From Microcoleus sp. (GTDB taxonomy: Bacteria; Cyanobacteriota; Cyanobacteriia; Cyanobacteriales; Microcoleaceae): 64,000 bases of DNA. The translations under genes were made by a program, and so were the position numbers. Of this stretch, positions 12,501 to 21,069 are shown piece by piece. The stretch is taken from the NCBI GenBank assembly GCA_042408215.1, contig JAYFMW010000006.1, positions 672,001-736,000 of the forward strand, given 5' to 3'. The notes under the pieces are model-generated. The model saw nothing but the letters and a program-made list of their open reading frames with translations. It searched no databases and was not told the DNA's origin. The number at the start of each line of letters is the position of its first letter. Position 1 is the stretch's first letter.

Positions 12501-12680
12501 TAGCAAGAGTTGGAAGGCGAAGGCGAGTACAACTCCAGCTATTAAGGCGATAAAAAATTGTGGCCCGGAATACAAGAGTGCTGCGTCTTCTGCGGTGTTG
12601 ACAGTCCGTTGTGCTGGTACTTGGGCGAGCCAGAGGCTGATATTATACATTGGTGGAGTTATTGGCAAGTTTTGATACAT
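9585..12680 (-). CDS. Large membrane-anchored helical-repeat protein (conserved cyanobacterial hypothetical)
   Basis: N-terminal TM helices; internal repeats YL..TGK.ELNPEGIKRD...FDRET.V.LLSQR.D; C-terminal TM. Confidence 0.85.
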   Translation of the reverse strand: MYQNLPITPPMYNISLWLAQVPAQRTVNTAEDAALLYSGPQFFIALIAGVVLAFAFQLLLTNLSVAAGLSYMGNQSHESSPADGDSPQVRHIGKKVGTWTLITVTIALFFACLLAVKLSLISSPGLGAIVGLVVWATYFSMLVWVSSTTVGSLIGSVVNTATSGFQAIVGTAAAALGAKAASNQVVATAKAAAAAVGHELGSAIDPISLRENVEDYIHSLKPPELDIKGMRSEFEKLLNDPQLKSIAGENLPNLDRQTLVELVSSRSDLSKRDVNRIVDQLQDAWKQVGKQGQQTDGIAQLVEYLKSAKSGELLSDKLTSRVEQALGNLGSQNQGQSPTMMSQATTMAVNALMGIVLGRTDISDFDVEKVVGQLKTAKDKVSQQTDKITAQVKGEPEPYSPIRADVENYLLNAYSWQMNPQTIEREFREVIYDPTADPGTVRRELEKLNQSKFAEILASRGVFTQSKIKEIVNELEAIRKRVLNTVILAEEEEKTRDLQWRLETYLNLTPKEELTAAGIDKDFKQILEDDDATYEQLRDRLAPYTRDSFVQILRGRENFGFQEVEQIVKELERTKDVVLADAQGLQEAAKVRLDNQWQKVQEYLQSTGQAELNPEGIKRDFKTLLDNPEAGMWALKSRASKFDRETLVKLLSQRKDLSEDQVNQLLDSAEETWHSALNAPQKIADKAKEQYDETTTALADYLRNTGKSELNPEGIKRDLTKLLEHPKAGALALGFRLSKFDRETWVKLLSQREDLTEEQVNQIIDQVQDTIGSIVKAPRRLARRMQIQVQDFQGVLADYLRHTGKEELNPEAIKRDLQLLLHDPKVGAYSLGDRLSHIDRATIVSLLSQRPDISEAEANRIVDQIVSVRDQFQQQIQKIQERIQSVIDGILAKVRDYLNSLDRPELNYEGITRDVRQLFDDPQAGFDALRDRLSQFNRDTIVALISSREDISEADANRLIDQIESSRNTVLQRAERLHQSAQIRLESIKLQAEQKAEETRKAAEVAAWWLFFTALSSAAASAGAGALAVLR

Positions 12681-12854
12681 AGTATATTCCTCGTTAAGGG
12701 GTGGGTTCGCAGGTTTGAGTGAGTTGGTGCGCGCGATCGGCTAATGTATAGTTTCTGTTTTTTGCTCTCAATACCAGCATCACCTGATTAACGAGCTAAA
12801 GCATCCCCCTACAGTCGGAAGTATATATAGCAGTTCTCAATAAACTGAGGTATG

Positions 12855-13027
12855 CCCTAGGCCCTAGGCCCTAGGCCCTAGGGCGTGTTTTCAAAGTCTT
12901 AGATCCCCCCCAGCCCCCCTTAAAAAGGGGGGAGAAAGAGTCTCAAAGTCCCCCTTTTTAAGGGGGATTTAGGGGGATCGGGATCTGATTGGAGAGTTTG
13001 AAAACACGCCCTAGGCCCTAGGCCCTA
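12855..13027. repeat. Nested MITE/REP-like element flanked by GGCCCTA heptamers
   Basis: TAGGGCGTGTTTTCAAA...TTTGAAAACACGCCCTA encloses a GATCCCCC...GGGGGATC palindromic element. The inner family recurs at 23523-23603, 31815-31938 and 49667-50130. Confidence 0.75.
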
Positions 13028-13081
13028 TATCAAGCGTGCACCGCACTGTTACCGAGAAAGGCTATTTGTGCTAAATGAAAC

Positions 13082-13518
13082 TTTACGAATAGTCAGAAAC
13101 CGGGTTTTTGCAGAGAAGACACGTTACACCTCGTAGAAACTGCTAAAAACCCGGTTATGAAGGTTTACGAGTAGTCAGAAACCGGGTTTTTGCAGAGAAG
13201 ACACGTTACACCTCGTAGAAACTGCTAAAAACCCGGTTATGAAGGTTTACGAGTAGTCAGAAACCGGGTTTTTGCAGAGAAGACACGTTACACCTCGTAG
13301 AAACTGCTAAAAACCCGGTTATGAAGGTTTACGAGTAGTCAGAAACCGGGTTTTTGCAGAGAAGACACGTTACACCTCGTAGAAACTGCTAAAAACCCGG
13401 TTATGAAACTTTACGAGTAGTCAGAAACCGGGTTTTTGCAGAGAAGACACGTTACACCTCGTAGAAACTGCTAAAAACCCGGTTATGAAGGTTTACGAGT
13501 AGTCAGAAACCGGGTTTT
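13082..13518. repeat. 82-bp tandem repeat, 5 full copies plus a partial copy
   Basis: AGTCAGAAACCGGG starts at 13091, 13173, 13255, 13337, 13419 and 13501. Each unit has an AACCGGGTTTTT...AAAAACCCGGTT palindrome. Confidence 0.95.
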
Positions 13519-13626
13519 TTACCGAGATACTGCATTAGAGCCTTTAACTAAAGTAAAAAACCCGGTTTCTTTAGTCGGGGTGTGGCTATGCCATCATTAA
13601 TCAGAGAATGAAATGAATTATGAACC

Positions 13627-13790
13627 ATGAAAACCCCCGTTAAACTTAACGAATAATTGGTTAAAGAAGCCTTTCGCTTAACCAATTTCAAGACAGAAAA
13701 AGAACTAATTGACTTGGCTTTGCAAGAATTAATTCGCACCAGCAAAAAGCGGAACCTACTTGATTTAAGCGGACCAATTCAATTGGCCAC
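13627..13790 (+). pseudogene. VapB-type antitoxin remnant
   Basis: Reads MKTPVKLNE*LVKEAFRLTNFKTEKELIDLALQELIR...LLDLSGPIQ with an internal TAA; no toxin gene follows. Confidence 0.6.
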
Positions 13791-13805
13791 CTTCACATTC
13801 TTTTA

Positions 13806-14159
13806 ACTCAGGCTAAAATCATCCTCGAACAGTTGTTTCCCGGCTTGCAAAACGAACTTGTAGCTGCTGATGTTCCTATCTTAGATCCGAAGTCGATCGC
13901 CTGGTTTAGTCCCGCAGGTTGGGCACCGCAATTTACCCCAGATCTAAATGATTTAATTATGTTCAGTCGGGATTTACTAGATTGGGTAGTTCGCCGCCGA
14001 TTGGCTGAAAATACCAACTTGCATTTTCAAGAAGGAGGAACAGTCACGGGATTACTGCTAAATGCCGATCGCCAGTCGGTGACAGGAGTGTCGGTGCGTT
14101 TTCGCGATCGAAGGCGATCGCTGGTTTGTGACTCTCGCTGGAGGCGATCGGGCTGTTAG
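13806..14159 (+). pseudogene. Fragment of an FAD-dependent oxidoreductase
   Basis: LEQLFPGLQNELVAA...SRDLLDWVVRRRL...VTGLL; lacks both the N-terminal GxGxxG motif and the C-terminus. Confidence 0.6.
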
Positions 14160-14263
14160 TCAATAGAAGAATGCTAAGGGTTAAGTAAATCAACCTAATT
14201 AAACGTAAAACGCGATCGCTGTTAGCTCCCCGACTTATTGAAGAAGTCGGGACTCTATCGACA

Positions 14264-14941
14264 TTATGGGACATTTTTGTCCGTAGGTCGATCGGCAATT
14301 AGGGCGATCGCACCTACCATAATTTTGTGCTCTTGCACCTGAATTCTCCCGTGCAGCGTTTCTGCCGTATCATCAGGGAGTATCGGCACCGCTGCTTGCA
14401 TTAAAATCGGGCCGCTGTCTACTTCTAAACGAGCGATATGCACCGTACATCCAGTGATTTTCACACCCGCTTTCAGCGCTTGCTCAACCGATCTAATTCC
14501 CGGAAAACTCGGCAGCAAACTGGGGTGAATGTTCACAACTTTGTCGGGGAAAGCATCGAGCAAAACTTTGGTAACTATTCGCATCCAGCCTGCCATGATC
14601 ACCCATTCTACATCATGTTCTTGGAAAGTTTTGACAATTTTTGTATCTAATTCTTCGCGGCTTTTGCAGTCGCGGTGATTGAGGAGAATTGAGGGAATAC
14701 CGTATTTTTCGGCTCGCGCTGCGGCTTTGGCTTCGGGGTTGTTGTAAATTAATACTTGGACTTGAGCGTTGAGTTGTTGGTTTTGAATTGCTTGGGCAAT
14801 TACCTCAAAGTTGCTACCGCTTCCAGAGGCTAAAATTCCTAGTTTTAATGGCTGGCTAATAGCCGTATTTTTTTCAACTCCAGCGGGAGGAATTGCGGGA
14901 ACAATTAAACAATCTATAGAATTGGTATTTGCTGCTATCAT
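14264..14941 (-). CDS. purN: Phosphoribosylglycinamide formyltransferase
   Basis: LASGSGSNF, MAGWMRI, NIHPSLLPSFPG, GCTVH, VDSGPI motifs. Confidence 0.95.
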   Translation of the reverse strand: MIAANTNSIDCLIVPAIPPAGVEKNTAISQPLKLGILASGSGSNFEVIAQAIQNQQLNAQVQVLIYNNPEAKAAARAEKYGIPSILLNHRDCKSREELDTKIVKTFQEHDVEWVIMAGWMRIVTKVLLDAFPDKVVNIHPSLLPSFPGIRSVEQALKAGVKITGCTVHIARLEVDSGPILMQAAVPILPDDTAETLHGRIQVQEHKIMVGAIALIADRPTDKNVP

Positions 14942-15153
14942 AAAAATTTTACCGTCCTATGAAAGAAGAATTAACTGGGCATCTAAAGTTGGCTAGGTCA
15001 CTATAGCGGTTGTCAAATAAGTGAGGTACTGATCGAGGCTAATCTGTAGGGTGCGTCGCTGTGAGATGTTCCATTGAACTTGCAAATTTTAGCGACGCAC
15101 CTTACCTATCCGATCAAGGCTATATTTCTCGAATTGTACCATCTACATACCTG

Positions 15154-15729
15154 CTAATCTGCTCGAACGACAAAAAAATCATCCCTGAGAATCGAATAAA
15201 TTTTGAGATCCCAATATCTGCCTTTGACAAATAGCTGCTGTCGCAATATTCCTTCCAATTGCATCCCCACTTTTTCCATCACGCGGGCTGAACCAATATT
15301 ATTAACTTCACATTTAGCCTCAATTCTATTCAGCAGCATTTCCCGAAAGCCGAACTCCATAATTGCATTGACAGCCTCACTCATGTATCCTTGATTCCAA
15401 TATTTGCGATCCAGCGCGTATCCAATTTCACCGCGACTGTGTGTCATACTCCATTCCACATATCCGCAAGTGCCGATCAATTTTTTCTCGGCTTTATGAA
15501 CTATTCCCCAATCTACAAGTTCTCGTCTTTTGTACATTTTCAGCAGCGACTTTAGAAAATACTTAGTCTCTTCGATCGAGCCATGAGTAGACCACATTGT
15601 GTATTCTGATACTTGGGGGTCGGCAGCATACTCAAACATATCGTTGGCATCGTTTAACGTAATTTTTCTCATCAGGAGTCTATCAGTTTCTATAGAGGGC
15701 AAATTGGATAATATATCTAGAAGTTTCAT
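15154..15729 (-). CDS. GNAT N-acetyltransferase, RimJ/RimL family
   Basis: IETDRLLMR, EIGYAL...YWNQGYMSEA, NIGSARVMEKVGM. Confidence 0.9.
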   Translation of the reverse strand: MKLLDILSNLPSIETDRLLMRKITLNDANDMFEYAADPQVSEYTMWSTHGSIEETKYFLKSLLKMYKRRELVDWGIVHKAEKKLIGTCGYVEWSMTHSRGEIGYALDRKYWNQGYMSEAVNAIMEFGFREMLLNRIEAKCEVNNIGSARVMEKVGMQLEGILRQQLFVKGRYWDLKIYSILRDDFFVVRAD

Positions 15730-15795
15730 TTTGACATTGACCTGTATTGTGATATAATTTAAACCTAAAAACTCCAAGCTAAAATTTTCAAGCCA

Positions 15796-16686
15796 ATGGT
15801 GACAATAAAATCTGGGCGTTTTAACTGGTTGGACAATGAGTCGATCGCAGCTTGGACTTTCCTCGCGCCGGCTTTGCTGTTTCTGGGTATTTTTTTGATT
15901 TGGCCGATCGGCTATTTATTTTACCTCAGCTTTACCAGTGGCAGTTTTACCCAGTCGGGTATCCGTTTAATTGGCTTAAAAAACTACTGGCGCTTGCTCG
16001 ACAACCCGGATTTCTGGCAAGTTCTCCAAAACACCATCTATTTTACTACTGCTACAGTCATTCCTAGCTTAGTTATTCCCTTGGGTTTAGCAGTCTTGCT
16101 AAATCGATCGTTTGCTGGGCGAGGCGCTCTCCGTACCGCCTATTTTATTCCTTCTATTACCTCTTTAGTTGCCGTTGGCTTGGGTTGGCGCTGGCTGTTT
16201 CAAACCGAAGGCCCAGTCAATAATATACTAATGTCGATCGGCCTCAATCCGATCCCTTGGCTCAGTAGCACAGTTTGGGCAATGCCAGTCATAATTCTTC
16301 TAAGTATTTGGAAACAATTAGGCTTTAATATGGTAGTATTTTTAGCAGGACTACAAGCAATTCCGGTCAACCGCTACGAAGCCGCAGAATTAGATGGAGC
16401 TAATGCTTGGCAGCAATTCCGGTACATCACTTTACCCGGTTTGCGGCCGACTTTGGTGTTTGCTACTGTCACAACTGCTATTTTTACCCTGCGGAGTTTC
16501 GAGCAAGTTTATGCGATCACTGGTGGCGGCCCTTTGAACTCTACTAATTTGCTAGTTTATTATATTTACGAGCAAGCTTTTTCGCAATTTGATTTTGGCT
16601 ACGCAGCCGCCGCGGCAACTTTGCTGATGGCTGTGGCTTTGGTATTAGTTTATTTGCAACTAAAGGTTTGGGGCGAAGATTCTTGA
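15796..16686 (+). CDS. Carbohydrate ABC transporter permease
   Basis: Multiple TM segments; EAA loop YEAAELDGANAWQQFRYITLP. Confidence 0.92.
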   Translation: MVTIKSGRFNWLDNESIAAWTFLAPALLFLGIFLIWPIGYLFYLSFTSGSFTQSGIRLIGLKNYWRLLDNPDFWQVLQNTIYFTTATVIPSLVIPLGLAVLLNRSFAGRGALRTAYFIPSITSLVAVGLGWRWLFQTEGPVNNILMSIGLNPIPWLSSTVWAMPVIILLSIWKQLGFNMVVFLAGLQAIPVNRYEAAELDGANAWQQFRYITLPGLRPTLVFATVTTAIFTLRSFEQVYAITGGGPLNSTNLLVYYIYEQAFSQFDFGYAAAAATLLMAVALVLVYLQLKVWGEDS

Positions 16687-16889
16687 GTCCTGTTGAAAGA
16701 GGTAGATTGCGATTTACGGTTGCGTGGAGGCGGGTTTATTGAGATTGTTGGTAGTTGTTAGATATTGTTGGTGAACCCTTCGACTACGCTCAGGGCATCG
16801 CCCGCCCCTACATAATTATTGATATTAGTGGGGGCGGATTTGTTTAACTTGAGGGAAAAGCAGGGGCTGCTAAAAGTCAAGTTGCAGAA

Positions 16890-17036
16890 CTATTGGATGA
16901 TATGGAAATAGTAGGCTGCAACCAGAAAATTGATACCTAGTAGTACCAAAAACCAGGCCATCCGAAAGGTGTAAGGTGGCTTGCCCGTTTTCATCACGGA
17001 TTCGGATTTTAGTTGATTCTTCACTATCTCTGCCAT
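16890..17036 (-). CDS. psaX: Photosystem I subunit PsaX (48 aa, absent from the ORF track)
   Basis: MAEIVKNQLKSESVMKTGKPPYTFRMAWFLVLLGINFLVAAYYFHIIQ, with the PsaX signature INFLVAAYYF; AGGAG RBS upstream. Confidence 0.92.
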   Translation of the reverse strand: MAEIVKNQLKSESVMKTGKPPYTFRMAWFLVLLGINFLVAAYYFHIIQ

Positions 17037-17058
17037 AGGTCAAACTCCTAATTAATCT

Positions 17059-17569
17059 TTGACACTCCCCAGCTATCAAGGCGTGGGGATTCTTGGTTCT
17101 AGCGACACACCTTAAAACTAGCTATCCTTGCGGCAATACTTAAACCAAATATCCGTTCAAAGGAACCAAATATCGAGCCTAATTTAGTTAGTCCCAGAGG
17201 GTTTGATCTCCCCAAGCGTTCGAGAATTACTTCTCATGTTACCGGATGTCCTACGGTACGTTTTAACTTCCCAAAATTTACTTTTCTGATTTGGGCTGAC
17301 ATTAGTCAGCCTAGCTATGTTTTTCGTGGTTTTCGCCACCCACTAACCATTATTGTTTTCCGACCCGTCGTTTGAGCTTAGTGTCTCATGTGTATCGGCG
17401 GTTATTCTACCTGTGGCATAAGTATTATTGTACTCTATTTTAAAGAGAATGCAAGGAAATTTGAAAAATAGATATTAAATGCTTGAATGCTTATAAGGTA
17501 GACCCTTAATTAAAGCCATCCTATAAGGACGGGGCTTTAGCCCGACGCTACGCTCCGCCCAATTTTGTG
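17059..17569 (-). mobile_element. Non-autonomous IS200/IS605-family element (no tnpA/tnpB ORF), omegaRNA-like right end
   Basis: On the minus strand, TTAC lies immediately 5' of the left end and a subterminal hairpin follows (CCGTCCTTATAGGATGG). The right part has the tnpB-3'-like ACCGTAGGACATCCGG...AACGCTTGGGGAGA and ends AAGAATCCCCACGCC...GGGGAGTGTCAA. Confidence 0.75.
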
Positions 17570-17602
17570 GTAACTAGGAATTTATACTGAGTGGGATTAG
17601 TT

Positions 17603-18598
17603 TTAATCGCTCTCTCCGGCGTGGTAGGAACTGCGGACGAGAGGGCCCGATCGCACGCGCCCAAAGCCCATCTCCCCCGCGATGCCCCCCAAATGGTCAA
17701 ATTCAGCGGGAGTCCAGTATTTTCGCACTGGGAGGTGTTCTAGAGATGGTCTCATGTATTGACCGAGGGTGAGTCGATCGCACCCCGCAGCCCGCAAATC
17801 GGCCATCGCTGCGACTATCTCCGCTTCCGTTTCCCCGTGCCCCAACATCAAACCCGATTTGGTGGGAATGCTGGGGTCAAATTCCTTAACAATGCGGAGA
17901 ACGTCCAGGGAGCGATCGTACTTGGCCCCCCTCCGCACAAGCCCTTGCAACCGGCGCACTGTCTCAATATTGTGGTTGTAACAAGCCGGTTTAGCCTCCA
18001 CAACCGTCCGAATTCGCGATCGCTGCAATTCATCTAAGGGGCTGCACGTCTCCACATCGGGGGCGGGCACGGGGGCGGGCACGGGGGCGGGCACGGGGGC
18101 ACCGCCCCTACCTCCCCAAAAATCTGCTGTTAGTACCTCAATTTGAGTATCGGGGTTTAATTGTCGGATGGCTGCGATCGTCATCGCAAACCAACCTGCA
18201 CCCCCATCCGGCAAATCATCCCTCGCCACCGAAGTCAGCACCGCATAGCGCAAACCCAGCAGATTTACTGCTTCCGCTACCTTTTGCGGTTCTTCGGGGT
18301 CGAGGGGCATGGGAGAATGACCTTTATCTACTTGACAAAATGCACAGGCGCGGGTGCAAGTTGGCCCCATTAATAAAAAAGTTGCCGTTTTTTGGGCATA
18401 GCACTCGCCCCGGTTGGGACATCTGCCCTCCTCGCAAATTGTGTGAATTTGCCGCTGCTTAATGATTTTTTGTACTTCGGAGAGTTCGCTAGCTTTGCCA
18501 ATTGGGCGGCGCAGCCACTCCGGTATCAGCTCAATTTCAGCCCGCATTTGGGCGGAACTTGCTTTGGCTGCGGGAGTTTGAGGGGCTTGGGATGGCAT
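17603..18598 (-). CDS. lipA: Lipoyl synthase
   Basis: [12 protein letters not shown] and CTRACAFC motifs; C-terminal [11 protein letters not shown]. Confidence 0.95.
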   Translation of the reverse strand: MPSQAPQTPAAKASSAQMRAEIELIPEWLRRPIGKASELSEVQKIIKQRQIHTICEEGRCPNRGECYAQKTATFLLMGPTCTRACAFCQVDKGHSPMPLDPEEPQKVAEAVNLLGLRYAVLTSVARDDLPDGGAGWFAMTIAAIRQLNPDTQIEVLTADFWGGRGGAPVPAPVPAPVPAPDVETCSPLDELQRSRIRTVVEAKPACYNHNIETVRRLQGLVRRGAKYDRSLDVLRIVKEFDPSIPTKSGLMLGHGETEAEIVAAMADLRAAGCDRLTLGQYMRPSLEHLPVRKYWTPAEFDHLGGIAGEMGFGRVRSGPLVRSSYHAGESD

Positions 18599-19008
18599 AA
18601 TATGAAGTGCGATCGGGTTAATGCTGTCGATCGTAGCCGAAATCAAAGTCCCCTGAACTTTGCAAGAATCCTGCCCAAAATCCAAATCGCCCTCAGTTGT
18701 AGCAAAAACTAAACTCAGACAGGATTCTGGGCAGAATCAGGTCTTTATGTCATATAGAATGAATTTAGCCGATCGGATTTAGGTGAAAAACCTTGGTAGT
18801 ATGTTACATCCTATAGGAATAAGTAGCCTCTACAGTATCAAAGCAAATAATCAGATTGGCTAATTGCTGTCAGCGAAAACCAAGCGGTCAGCAAAATTAT
18901 AAGTGCTTGTAGAGATTTCTACGGGCATTGGTTAATATGTATTTGTTAGCAAATGTTAGCAAAAAAGTATCGGTTGCAAATCATCACTCATTACTGAAGG
19001 AGTCAGTC

Positions 19009-19566
19009 GTGGCTGGTCAAAAAATCTTAGTCATCGATGACAGTAAAGTCATCCGCGTCCGAGTCCGAGAGATGTTACCCCAGGGTAACTGTGAAGTTCT
19101 AGAAGCAAAAGACGGGGAAGAGGGACTAAAGCTGATCCGTGAAGCCCGTCCCAATCTAATTATGTTAGATTTCCTACTGCCCAAAGTCAGTGGTTGGGAA
19201 GTGTATCAAAAAGTTCAAGCCCATCCCGAACTGTCCAAGATCCCCTTGGTGATCATGTCTGGTAGGGAAGAAGAAGTAATGGAGAAAATTCCTAAACCCT
19301 TTGAGAAGCATTTTTTTGCATTTATCGCCAAACCCTTCGAGAAAAAGCAGCTAACCGAGGCGATTAAATTAGCGATGGTATTGGCTAAAAAGAAACCAGT
19401 ACCAGAAGCCCCAGCCACCCCTGCTGCCGCACCGAGTTCGGGAGCAGGTGCTGCTGAAATTCAGGCGATGACCCTGAAAATGGCCAAAATGCAAGCTGAA
19501 ATTGACACACTCAAGAAACAAATGACTCAGGTGATTACTATCATCAAGCAAATGAAGTCGAAATAA
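19009..19566 (+). CDS. Response regulator (REC plus C-terminal coiled coil)
   Basis: ILVIDDS...LIMLDFLLP...AKPF; GTG start with AAGGAG upstream. Confidence 0.88.
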   Translation: MAGQKILVIDDSKVIRVRVREMLPQGNCEVLEAKDGEEGLKLIREARPNLIMLDFLLPKVSGWEVYQKVQAHPELSKIPLVIMSGREEEVMEKIPKPFEKHFFAFIAKPFEKKQLTEAIKLAMVLAKKKPVPEAPATPAAAPSSGAGAAEIQAMTLKMAKMQAEIDTLKKQMTQVITIIKQMKSK

Positions 19567-19745
19567 TGCTGCTTTCCCAAGGTAGAAGGTAGAAGACAAC
19601 TTTCACACCTTGAAAGTTTCTCTAATCAATTAAAAGTTACCCATCAAAACAGGGAGGAAATTATTATTAATCTTTAGCTGAAATTTTTTATTTGCCGATC
19701 GTCCCGCACTCAATTATCAACTCCTCAGTCTCATTTTTTTTGTTC

Positions 19746-20837
19746 ATGACTAACGACTATTCCGATTTTTTGCCTCAACTGCGTGCCTCAACTGAGCAAT
19801 TATTGAAAAGATTAGACTGTTTCGATCGAGCACAGGTATTAGCGATCGGAGATTTGACCTTGGACGAGTTTGTTACCGGACAAGTAGAGCGAATTTCCCG
19901 CGAAGCACCAGTGTTGATTTTGCGCTACGAAAATACTCGGCAAGTACCGGGAGGTGGCGCAAATGCTGTCTATAATTTAGCCAAACTGGGAGGCCAAGTA
20001 AAAGTTGCTGGTTTGGTGGGAAAAGATGACCAAGGAAAGGCTTTGTGCGGTATTTTTGAGGCTGCGGGAATTGATACGGCTGGCATTTTCGTCGATTCCC
20101 AGCGTCCAACAGTCACCAAAACTCGCATTTCCGGGCACGCGCGGCAGTCTGTGACTCAGCAAATCGTCCGAGTCGATCGCAAATCCGACGAGTTACCAAA
20201 TTTAGATTTGCAGTTACAATTAGCAGATTATATCCGCCAGCAAATACCGACAGTAGATGCAGTGGTTTGTTCCGACTACGGCGACGGAGTGTTGACTAAT
20301 TTGGCGATCGAATCGGCTGTTGTTCGTGGTAAAACAATTGTGGATGCTCAAACAAATTTGCAGCGATATTCTGGAGCAATGTTATTTACTCCGAACTTAC
20401 CAGAAGCCGAACAAGCAGTCGGATATGCTATTAATAATTCTCAAACTTTAATGCAAGCAGGACGCGATTTGTTGAACTTAACTCAAGCTCAAAAAATCCT
20501 AATTACTCGCGGTGAAGAAGGGATGAGTTTATTTGAAAGGGTGAAGGTTGAAGCCATCAAAAACTCACCCCCTCCAACCTCCACTTGCCAATCCGGGGAA
20601 TTTTCAATTCAAAGTTGGGATATTCCCCCTTTTAACAAGACTGATGTATTTGACGTAACCGGTGCTGGGGATACAGTAGTAGCAGCAATGACTTTAGCTT
20701 TGTGCGTTGGTGCATCTGGTTGGGAAGCGGCGGTTTTGGGCAATTTAGCGGCTAGCATTGTCGTGCGTCAATTTGGTACGGCGACGACAACAACAGAGGA
20801 GATGAAAGAAGCTCTGAAAGCGATGATTTATGAGTAG
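19746..20837 (+). CDS. PfkB-family kinase, HldE/RfaE domain I-like (heptose-7-phosphate kinase)
   Basis: GQVERISREAPV, PGGGANA, DVTGAGDTV motifs. Confidence 0.88.
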   Translation: MTNDYSDFLPQLRASTEQLLKRLDCFDRAQVLAIGDLTLDEFVTGQVERISREAPVLILRYENTRQVPGGGANAVYNLAKLGGQVKVAGLVGKDDQGKALCGIFEAAGIDTAGIFVDSQRPTVTKTRISGHARQSVTQQIVRVDRKSDELPNLDLQLQLADYIRQQIPTVDAVVCSDYGDGVLTNLAIESAVVRGKTIVDAQTNLQRYSGAMLFTPNLPEAEQAVGYAINNSQTLMQAGRDLLNLTQAQKILITRGEEGMSLFERVKVEAIKNSPPPTSTCQSGEFSIQSWDIPPFNKTDVFDVTGAGDTVVAAMTLALCVGASGWEAAVLGNLAASIVVRQFGTATTTTEEMKEALKAMIYE

Positions 20838-20841
20838 TAAT

Positions 20842-21069
20842 TTGGCCGTTGGCCGTTGGCCGTTGGCCGTTGGTTATTTGTTGGTAGGAAGAATTAAGAA
20901 TTAAGAATTAATAACTAATTCCCAATTCCCAATTCCCAATTCCCAATGACCAATTCCCAATGACCAATTCCCAATTCCCAATTCCCAATTCCCAATTCCC
21001 AATTCCCAATTCCCAATTCCCAATTCCCAATTCACCAATTCCCAATTCCCAATTCCCAATTCCCAATGA
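20842..21069. repeat. STRR heptamer tracts (TTGGCCG, AAGAATT, TTCCCAA)
   Basis: Directly visible. Similar tracts occur at 45746-45843, 48061-48150 and 58625-58680. Confidence 0.9.

Noticed and set aside
13082..13518. 82-bp array as a CRISPR or guide array
   Set aside because: The units are near-identical with no variable spacers, and derive from a dispersed palindrome family.
16870..17079. 69-aa ORF MIAGECQ...
   Set aside because: It starts in the IS right end and overlaps the real psaX gene in another frame.
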